DNA of 64,000 nucleotides from Lepidodermella squamata (taxonomy: Eukaryota; Animalia; Gastrotricha), in contig JBLDXI010000031.1 in assembly GCA_047495785.1 (NCBI GenBank), positions 992,001 to 1,056,000 on the forward strand. Direction: 5' to 3'. Below are positions 54,401 through 64,000 of this stretch, piece by piece. The notes beneath the pieces are model-generated. The model searched no databases and was not told where the DNA came from. It saw only the letters and a program-made list of their open reading frames with translations. Positions within the stretch are counted from its first letter, which is position 1; every line of letters begins with the position of its first letter. The position numbers and the translations under genes were made by a program.

Positions 54401-57400
54401 GACATTTTGAAAAATTCGAAAATTAATTATTGGGAAATCGATCATTTTTCCATGTTTTCAAACGGATTTGACCCTGGGCTACTATTGGAACAAATACGAT
54501 AATTTATGATAAATTGTTATAAAATCTGAGAAAAACTATGGAAAAGGCATTAATGAATTATCAAAATATTCAAATATTTTTGGCTCAGCTAGAATTAATC
54601 TGCTATTGAACCTGTTATTGTATTTCTGCGAATATCATGAGATTAAACTAAATTTGTTAGCATCTCGTTGTAAAAGATGTGTTACATTCGAGATTTTGAT
54701 TGGGAGGATAGAATGACCTATAAGTTACTTGGGAGACAGTATAAAATTTGAAACATGCATAATCTAGACTCAAAAACATGCGAAAAATCGTGGTAGACAG
54801 ATTGGAAATATTCTGTTTGGAATCCGAAATGAATTATTTATCGATATTTCAACGATCATCTTATTGACGTGAATTTGACCTAAAAGTTTCATTGATTGTC
54901 TGAAATTCAATATTTGATGAGCCTGATTCAAAGCTCTAAATTTATGCGTTTTACTTGGAATAAGATTGTTAATCAAATCTGTTTATTTCTATGATTTTTC
55001 AGGTCTACATCCCAGCTCACACCAAGCCGAACCCGGCCCTCATCACGCCGAACAAGGGCGTGGGCGCCGATGGCAAGCCGCTGTTCTGCGAGTCGTGCGC
55101 CACCACGGACTCGCCGCAGTGGTTCGCGTGGTCGCAGACGCCGGCGAGCGCCGCCGCGACCGCCCCTCAGAACCTGACCTCGAACGCCGCCGCCCTCGCC
55201 TCGCCGCACAAACTGTGCCAGGTGTGCTGGACGTACTGGAAGAAGTACGGCGGGCTGAAGCAGGACTCGACGCGGCTGGACGGCGCGGCGGGCCGGCCCG
55301 ACCCCGGCCACCGGGCCGAGCGCGTGCAGCAGATGCAGCAGAACGCGTCGAAGAAGATGGTGTCGTGCCAGGTCTCGGACTGCGCCAAGATGTTCCGCAA
55401 CCGGCAGCACATGCTGCGGCACCTGTACAACACGCACGAGGTGTACGTCGACGAGGCCGGGCAGACGTTCCCGCTGATCAAGACGCCGTCCGCCTTCGTC
55501 ATGACCGCCTCGCTCGCCACCATGCTGATGCGGCGGCTGCTGGCGCGCGGCACCGTGCAGCTGGCGCGGGTCCAGCGCTGCCCGACGCAGCCGATTGATT
55601 TCGCCAAGGTGCACAAGGAGTACAACCTCATTTCGGAGGCGACGAAAAAACTCGAGGTACGTCTCGTTTTTTTGTTATCAAATTACACCAAAATATTAGG
55701 CGGAGACTCTGCCAACGATTGTATCAGAGATGAATGATGAATCGCTTGAGCTTGGATTATTGAAAAAATTTGAGAAAATGATGGATTTTTTGATAGCTCC
55801 ATCTGAAAGTATGGACTCGATTTTTTCAACTAGGTAAATTTTTACGGGGATTTGGAAAAAATACCACTTGACGAAAGCTAATTATTTGTATCAATTGTTC
55901 TTAAAATTTACCTAATAGGATGAAACAGTCCGAAAAAGTTGTGAAATCCAAAATGTTACTTTATTTTTCTAAATTAGACTGATCTATTTTACCAGGGGCT
56001 ACCCTAGTCTCATTTAGACAAATTTCGCTGTAGTCTTCAGTTATTCTGGGGTTTATCAAAATATTGCAAAAGCCAGTACCTTTGAAAATTTGGAATAATA
56101 GCAATTGGTAAAATGATTCAGTCATTGGGTTGGATTCAAATTTTTAGAACCAACAGCGACCGCTCAATACTGCCTTCAAAAATGCAAGTTAAGGGAGCCA
56201 TCTTGCACCCTTGCAGTCGTGAAATTCGAGCGTGAAGAAGACCATCCTTGTAGGTTTGTCATGAAATGCGAACTCAACTTCGCAATTCTTGGGGTCTTTC
56301 AACCCGCCTTAAAATTTTTGTTTCATTTCCGATTTATATTCGATAGCAAGGAGGATTTTTTTTCTTGAAATCATCAATTCGGCTGTAAATCTATCGTTTT
56401 CTCATTGAAACAATGCGCACGAGTCTTTCATCATGTTTTTCATGTGAGAGATCGAGGGTCATCTCTATTGAGTTTGGTGCGAAGCTAAATTATTGCCGCT
56501 ACATCAAGTAGCACTGCAATCCCAAATAAACGTATCAAATGGGTGTAGAAGCTATGCATTAAAAATTAATTGAGCTGAAAACATCGTTAATATGTTAAGT
56601 GAAAGAGTTGCTATACACGCTATTTATTGGCGTAATTGCTTTGAACTTGCGGTGATGAAGTAAATCCTAATTTTAGGCTCCATGAATTTAACAAGAAAAA
56701 TGTAACAAAATCTCAAAATCTTATATGAGAATCGTCAAAATCGTTCAATGGGTTGCAAATGAGGAGAAAAAGAGAAAGACAATTCACTTCAAACAAATTT
56801 GATCTATTTTCTAATTTTTACTGAAATTTAATAAAAAACGGCATTTTTGATTATTTTTTCTTCAATTTTTAGGCTAAGCGACTGAAATTGCGGAAGCGGA
56901 AACCGCATTTCCTAGCTACTGGCCTGCGCCGGTTGAACGTGGACGTGACGCAAGCGAGCCCGGAGTGGCTGCAGCGGCACGGCGAGCCGAAGCAGCCGGC
57001 GCGCATCGCGTTCCCGAAGCCGGACAAGATGCCGTGGCCGCAGGACCAGCAGCCGCTCAACGACCGCAAGGGCCAGCAGCCGCCGATCATGCGAAAGCGC
57101 AACGTCGACGCCGCCTCCATTTCACCGGTGCCGCACGCCAACAGCCAGAACCCGAACCCGGTCGCGAATACTGCGAACACTGCCTCGGCCCGCCAGGCTA
57201 TGGCGTCGATGATGGCGGCGGTGCCGAAGCTGGAACCGGCGAACCTCAGCACCTCGGCGGCTGTCAAGGCGGAGGCGACGGCGCCGACGAACTTGTCGAC
57301 GGGCGGGCAGCATCACAATGGTGTAGGTAAGATAGCTATTGTCTGTCCTATTTACTAACTCGCAAGTTTTATTTTAATTTACGCTCATTTATTCTCGCTT

Positions 57401-59368
57401 TTTTCCCGCTCTTCAAAATTAACTTGATTTGGCTTTATTTCAAAAATTTCCTAATTTAAATTTTAAATAAAATAAAATAAAATATTTTGAACTAAAAATC
57501 GATCAACGGGAAGATAATGACTGCAAATCATGAACAGGGCCTGGTCCAATTTTCACCTGAATTACACCAATCGATAGCCCTTGATCACAGCAATCGACTG
57601 ACTTGTAAGGTTAAATATTAGGAGGAATAGTAGAATAGCATTTTCTTAAAAAGTAGAATTAAAATTAAATCCGTAAGTTGGCCGCATCTGCCACAGCTTT
57701 CGAAGTTCGCGAGATACTCCTCGACTGGGCCACCATCCCTCGTTTTTTCCTTCTGGAACTTCTCCAAAACTTCCGGATTTTTAGAAAATGTCATCCTTGA
57801 TGCAACACTGTGTTGATCAAACGGGAGAAACTCCGACATAAGCAATGTACCCAGCTTGACACCCATTGTGCCGATGTTGTTTTTTCATATCAAACTGAAA
57901 AAACCAAATTTGCCTGGTTCGGAAGCAATTTTTGCCGCGTTGATCACCTGATACCCCGCCCCGACCTCGAGAAGACAGTTTAGCTCCTCCGCCACCTTAC
58001 CCCAGGCTTTCCGTGCGTTGTGAACTGGTATCCAGGCTTACCTACGTCAGCATCGTGACGGAAAGCGTCAACTAATATTATTTTGCTGATATGGCTGTTA
58101 ACCTAATGCCGTAACTATTTTTCATGAATATCATTATCGATGTGAACTCGCTCGAACGTTGCCGTCGGTGTCGGCAATGTACCAATTTTCACAAGGGGTT
58201 CACAAGTCGGACAACGAAATTGGAGCCGTCCTGAAGGAAGCAGATAAAACCACGGTCAAAAGCACTTTCAATGGGTTCGAACATTGCGCACATCATTGAT
58301 ATCGTCAAATCCTAACTGTGTCTGTATTCCCTTATGAACAAACCTGTGCGGAAGTAGATGAGCAGCACAAGAATCTAGCGTTCGACCAAGAACAATGCAT
58401 GTTTCGTAGGGTACATGTTTCGGTTGATTGCTGACTTTGCGGAGTTGACACTTTTCGCATTCGGCGCAATAAGCTCGAACTTCTGCAGCCATACCTGGCC
58501 ACCAAAAATCAGTTCGTACTCGATTCAGCACTTTATTCGCACCCAAGTGTCCTGATCGTGCGAAAACAAGGCTATAGAATAATTTCATTAGCAGCTCGAG
58601 CTGAATCCAACGATATTTTATGTTTATATACGAAAAACATACATAAATAATTCGTGAATCACGTCAAAAAAAATTTCTCATAACTTCTCAATATTGAAAA
58701 CTCGTATTTATAGACTACGAAATTGTTTCGGAAATTTTTTAAAACTGTTTTTATAATTGTTAGGTCCGACTCCTGCTAAGCAGCAACACCTGAGCCAGAG
58801 CCCGGCGAGCCACGGCGCGTCGGGTCGCAGCAGCAACTCGCGCCCGCCCACGCACTACCCGCAGCAGAGCACAGCCAACAACAGCAACAGCACGGCGACG
58901 AGCAACGGCACGAGCCACGCGACGACGGGCCCGCAGCGCATCGCCCCGGCCGGCAGCCGCGCCGCCAACGGCCAGGGCGGCCCGGTGAAGCTGGGCGAGG
59001 GCGCCGGCGACGAGTTCACGCCCGACGACATGTTCTTCGTCGCGACGCCGCCCATCGCCACCGCCCGCAAGGTCCTCACCGCCCCGGCGCTGCGGAAGGC
59101 CTCCCGCCGCCCCTTCTCCGTCATCAAGCCCGCCCCGGTCGTCAAAATGGAAGCGACAGCCACGCCCGCTGCTGGAAACGGCAACGGAAACGGCAACCAT
59201 GCTGCCAGCGCAGTGGCCGCGGCTGCGATGGACACGAACAGCAACGCGTCGCACCACAGCGCGAATGGCAACGGGGCGAACGGCTCGACGACCGGCTCCA
59301 TTCCGGACATGAAAATGGCAGCGGCGGCGGCGGCGGCTGACGGCCGGACGGCGATGGTCGTCGACTGA
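51441..59368 (+). CDS. MTA1: Metastasis-associated protein MTA (NuRD subunit); exons 51441-51477, 51535-51602, 51994-52377, 53292-53515, 53692-54100, 55003-55656, 56873-57326, 58764-59368
   Basis: BAH (NMYRV.VGDFVYFE, IRGKCTVTLL), ELM2 (IKVGSKYQA), SANT (RDQLEEWS..E..LFEEG.EKYGKDF), GATA finger (CESC...CQVCWTYWKKYGGLK), additional C2H2 finger. Confidence 0.93.
54354..54498. repeat. Short MITE in MTA intron
   Basis: Imperfect TIRs CGTATTTGTTCC..ATAGTAGCCC and GGGCTACTATTGGAACAAATACG. Confidence 0.65.
58135..58560 (-). mobile_element. Ty3/gypsy integrase relic in MTA intron
   Basis: GHLGANKVLNRVRTDFWWPGMAAEVRAYCAECEKCQ (zinc-binding domain) and, after a break, GTLPTPTATFERVHID (core start). 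Confidence 0.8.
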
Positions 59369-59494
59369 ACGAGTTCCAATTCATCTCATTCGCGTGTTGC
59401 TCTCTATCTTTAGCTATCTCTCTCTCTCTTTCCGTGTTTTTCTCTTTTTTCTTTCTTTCCTCGCGTCTCATGATGATACTGAATATTGACGGAA

Positions 59495-59720
59495 TAAAAT
59501 CAGATTTTCCACATTTTTCCTGTCAAAACACGTCCAGAATTTTTGGTGAAATTTACGATGATCCGTAAAATTCGAAAAATTGGTAAAATTGTTCAAATTT
59601 AAATAGTTACTTCAGAATTTCAATTTTTGGAATTTTGGAAATTTTTATTTAAATTTAAAATATTTGAAAATTTTCTTGATGTTTTGGCAGGTTTTAAAAT
59701 CAACGGAAACTGATTTGAAA
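59495..59720. repeat. Imperfect long inverted repeat in MTA 3'UTR
   Basis: AAATCAGATTTTCC...CCTGTCAAAACA pairs with TGTTTTGGCAGG...GGAAACTGATTT. Confidence 0.55.
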
Positions 59721-61236
59721 AATTAAATTTAACTGATATCATGTTGAGATGACCTGTGTCTGGTCAAAAAAAGAAAGCAAGATCGTGTTTTATCCATCTC
59801 TCTCTCTCGCCTGCTGTAAATAGAAATCGTGTTAACAAAAACAACAACTCTACCGCTTCTATTTGAGGTTGTAATAAATAAACACACAAACAAACAAAGC
59901 AAAACAAAATATGGAATGCGTCCTCGGTTCAATTTTTTCTATAACACCGTGTCTTGCGTTGCTCTTGTCATTATATGAAGAAGTTGACCAAAATATCGAA
60001 TGCTTGCGTTGGAAATCTTCTCGTCTTCTTCTGTTCTACTTCTTTCTTGTGGTGGTGATACGGCGGCAGCATCAGCACATTATACAAAATTATGGTAAAA
60101 TGAAGGAAGGAATGGCGCCGGAGCGGCGATCAAATCGCGGCCCGGCCTCGGTCTTTTTTATCTCTGTGTCTCTTCTGTGTCCCGTGTGCGCGCTGGCTGA
60201 CAGGTGTTGGCGTTCATATAATTATAATTATATAAAAAAAAGTTGAAATCAAGTGATGAATGACTGCAAAATGGATGGATCATGGGCCGACAAGCGAGCG
60301 GCTAGATTTTCTTGACGACGATGGTCTGAGAGCGCGGCTGTTGACGTAATATCCGATGTTCCGATCGAGCGTTTCTTTCTCTTTTTTGTTCAACATACAA
60401 TATTAAAATGCGAAAAGCAAACAAAAATGATGTTATTGCCGGAAAATAAAATAAATAAAACTGCGAAACTGCAACACACTGACTTTTGAATTCATTGAGT
60501 TTCAGCTGGTTTCGCGATTTAACGATGAGCCTTCCCCCTTCCTCGATAGTTTTTGGCTATGCAATCCTGGTAATATGTGAGCTTTTCCAGCTTGCAGAAT
60601 CCAACCATAGCAAAAAAAGTCACCTATGCAGATCATGAAAATGGCTCAAGTCGAAATATTTTATGAAGTGTTCTGCAAATTGACGAAATTGATAATCGTT
60701 TCAATTTCATGCGCGCTGAGACGATGATGAGAGCGAGGCAGAGTCGATTGGTCAAGCTCATTAGTTACTTTCCTAAGTTCCCCAAATTGACCAGAACAGA
60801 ACTGAAAGACCTTTTCCTTGCGGCGTTTGGAAATTTCTCTTCTCCAATCCCAATTGTTGGACCAAAGCAGGTTCTTTAACAGGAAAGAGATCGCCTTAAT
60901 CTCTCCAAGAATCCAACTAGAAAGAGAAATTGATTTTTCGCGATCCCCAAGGTAAACAGGCATCTTTACGTCATGCAAACGGCTAGACCTTAGCCATTAG
61001 CTCTCATTCAGATCTTCTACGGGCTTTGAAATGATTGTCTTTTATGCTGAGACACCAACATATTATTTATAAGCCGTGTTAATAAATGCTACTTTTAATT
61101 TATTTTATCAAATAGGAAATATAAAATTTCATAGATTGACCAATTGAATACTTTGAAAAAAGAGATAGCAGTCATTTGAGACTATAAGATGAAGATCACC
61201 ATGAAGATCAAGTTGCAAGAATAGATATTATGTCAC

Positions 61237-61745
61237 TTATAAGCGACGACTTGAGTCCAGTGTTTCATTGATGTTGTCATCGCGAGACTTGTCAACTTCA
61301 GTAGTAGGATCCAAGCGACGCTTAACTCTGCGTCGCCTTGCGAAGAGAGCGTTCAGCTTCCGCAAAAATGGATGCAAAAGACGTTCGTTTCGGAACTCGC
61401 CAAGTTTGACCCATCCAGTGCAAGCGCTGGTCAGAAGTCCAACAATTACCACAACAGAGATTCCCACAATGGATACGTAGAGGTAGGAAACAGCGTACAG
61501 ATTTTCAAAGTCATTCAAACGGTTTGTATCATAAGGCCGGTCATGGATGTAATTTGGAATGATTGGCTTCGGCAGCATCTCGCTGTCGCAAGCCAAAGTT
61601 GAGATGGAAGGCATTGCTTGGGATAGGCGTACATTCGGCGACATTCTCGCTCCTAGCGTCATCCAAACAGTGACTGCAATCACTGATATCAGTCCAACTA
61701 ACGCACCAATGGCGTTAATCCACGGGACGAAGACACCACAAATGT
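61237..61745 (-). pseudogene. 3' fragment of an SLC5 (SMCT/SMVT-like) sodium:solute symporter
   Basis: GVFVPWINAIGALVG, YAVSYLYVSIVG...VIVGLLTS..TG, ERLLHP. No splice acceptor upstream, only a purine-rich tract. Confidence 0.6.
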
Positions 61746-62367
61746 CTTCCTCTTCCATCTCCTTTTCTTCCCTCTTTCTTTTCGTCCTATTCTTCCCTTC
61801 TCTTCCCTCTCTCTTCCAATTCTTCCACTCTTCCTATTGCGCCTAACGCGGCGCTCTTCCTTTTCTTCCTTTTATAGAAAATTTCTCGAGTTTTGAGTCG
61901 CTGACGAGCCAATCAGCTTGCGACAAATTTCATTTCGAAAATCATTAAGGCGCATTTTTTATTATTTTGTTTACTGTTTTTCGCGCACTTCAACATAAAA
62001 TTGTGTCCAATTTTTTAATCAGGTTTTTCATTTTGCCATAATTCTTGAGGCAAATTATTTATTCGTCGTTCTTGATTTCGGCGAGATTATGAATAACTCA
62101 CCACGTCTGTTGAGATTTGCTCTGCTCGTATTTTTGGGTCGGCAGTTTGTATTATTAGGGGTAATAAATAAGGCACTCGCGCACACTAGCAAGCCACATT
62201 GTTCAGCATTATATAATTATGATTTTATTTTTAATTTTTACTGCGCCGGAATTTATTTGTATCATTTTTTTACGCTAACTGAAAAAATGTCGCAACCCGT
62301 ATAGTTTTCACTTGTGGCGGCTCATTTTCTTGTCATTCTCAGCCGGTTTTCAGATTTGATACACGAT

Positions 62368-62759
62368 ATTTGTGGTGAAAAAGTTCATTTTTGAAAAATG
62401 CTATTTTCCCGCTTTTGTCATTTTCCTGTAGTAAAGCTAAATTGGACCATATTCTTAGCAGGAAGTGATGTCAATACCGCCCCGTTCACAGATATTTTCA
62501 TGTTGGACTGGATAGAAACGTTTCTGAATAACGAAATGAGATCCAGATGGGTTTTGACATTTTTGGGGGACTGCACCAAATTTGCAAAGCTGCAAGTTTC
62601 GGGTTGTGCAATTGTTGATTTTTGTGGAAATTGGTGACATGGATGAATAGTGGACAACCTCTCGACTAAATCTGAACCCACCAACAAGAAAAATGATTGC
62701 CACAAGTCACATCGGATACAAAATGGCATTTTTCAAAAATGAACTTTTTCACCATAAAT
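62368..62759. mobile_element. MITE with about 40-bp TIRs
   Basis: ATTTGTGGTGAAAAAGTTCATTTTTGAAAAATGCTATTTT (62368-62407) is inverted at 62720-62759 with 2 mismatches. Confidence 0.8.
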
Positions 62760-62954
62760 CACAAGAAGAATTTTCGTCACCAATTTCTCAAATTTTATTC
62801 CAAGTTAACGAGGATTTTAGGAAAGTTTACAACTGACTAGATCTATCGACTGCGGTGAAACTCGCTCCAAATAATTCCTCATGGTTACGGAGTTATTAAA
62901 AAAACTGCTCGGCGAAAAAATTATCATCCGTACTTGGAAATTTACCACCAATTA

Positions 62955-63165
62955 AAAATGGTAAGGAAAAATCCGGCGAAAAGGAGTTTGAAATCAAAAT
63001 TATACCCGATTTTCAACTAGTGTCTTTTGAAAAAGATGAATGGCGCATGATTGTTAACTCGATTGAAAACTATGAATTTTTCGGAAAAAGCAAGATCTTC
63101 AACTGTGGGGGTGGGTAAGAATTTCTCTTTGCCTGCCTTCGCCCTCTTCAAAACCGGAAACGGTA
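62955..63165. repeat. Dispersed repeat family member
   Basis: 62957-63020 matches the reverse complement of 17697-17760; 63104-63160 resembles 52851-52905. Confidence 0.6.
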
Positions 63166-64000
63166 AATGACGCTCAGTCTAGAAGAGGTTTAAATAAAAC
63201 TATTATTATTATTAAAAATGGTTTATTTATTTATTATTTTTGTTGAGAATTTTTGTTGTAAATTTTTTTGAACTTTCCGGGCAGCTGAGAAACTCTTGAA
63301 ATGCGGCTCTATTATCAACTGAAGCGGAAAAATGAAGAGAACACTAGAAAATCATGATATTGATTTTTCCAGTAGTAAATGATACTAATGATAATGATAA
63401 CGCTGATGAAGAAACGCAAAGTCAGGTGCAGATCTCTAAAATACCTAAGTAAAAATCGAAATAAAATAAAATCGGAACAACGAAGCAGTAAAATGATGGC
63501 GGTCACGCTACAGCAATGGCCTCAGCCGACGTTTCGATTTGCTTGATGGTCTCCCTTAGACCCTTGGATGATGATTCTTCAATGTTTCAAACTGAATAAT
63601 TTTCAAACTGAATTATTCAATATTCAATCTCTATCTTAAAGCTAGTTTTAAGATAGAGGTACTGAGCCTGGAAACGCCATGGGCACCAATGTTGTGATGA
63701 ATCAGCATTGAGTGGTTGGAAAAGTAAACCAATCAGGTGATTTTTCGATTCCCGATTTCTCATTCAAGGTAATTTCCTTGGTGAACACTATGCCACTATT
63801 TTTTCGAAATTTTCAGAGCAATATAGAGCAGCCAAATCAGGGAAAAACAATTTCTTGATATCAAATACTGTATACGGCTTAATTTTCGTCGTGTTTTTAT
63901 TTTCGTTATAGCCATGCGCAGCGAAAACGTTAACCCTCTGACATCGAGTTTTTCGGTGCTTTTGGCTCAATTTTCCAACTTTTTACACACTTTCGGCAGG

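Noticed and set aside
54966-55631. Long alternative-frame and antisense ORFs over MTA exons (also over PARP and AQR)
   Set aside because: Shadow ORFs caused by codon bias; no recognisable domains.
57618-58030. Possible gypsy gag and Myb/MADF-like scraps on the minus strand (VEEYLANFE; RKAWGKVAEELN)
   Set aside because: Too short for a supported call, although their orientation would fit the antisense pattern.

Overview
Gene-dense, intron-containing invertebrate animal DNA (GT-AG introns, many about 50 nt, TTTTAG/TTTCAG acceptors); the taxon cannot be named from sequence alone. Eleven consecutive genes lie on the minus strand (about 1.6-40.7 kb): PRCP exon 1, two tandem ~2,500-aa ankyrin-WGR-PARP genes (PME-5/tankyrase-like), two stand-alone copies of the PARP N-terminal domain, three single-TM microproteins, Aquarius, PKA regulatory subunit I and an FKBP. 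Six genes follow on the plus strand (41.6-59.4 kb): three FKBPs, cathepsin F, a claudin-like gene and MTA. Several stop-to-start gaps are very short (1, 19 and 64 nt), which suggests operon-like transcription. The highlight is a nearly intact RNA-virus RdRp (motifs F, A, B, C, D, E; one frameshift) endogenised antisense inside an intron of one PARP paralog. In addition, every transposon or viral coding relic I could recognise (8 of 8) lies antisense to the host transcription unit, hinting at an intronic antisense archive of foreign sequence. All family calls come from motif recognition by eye; no searches were run.
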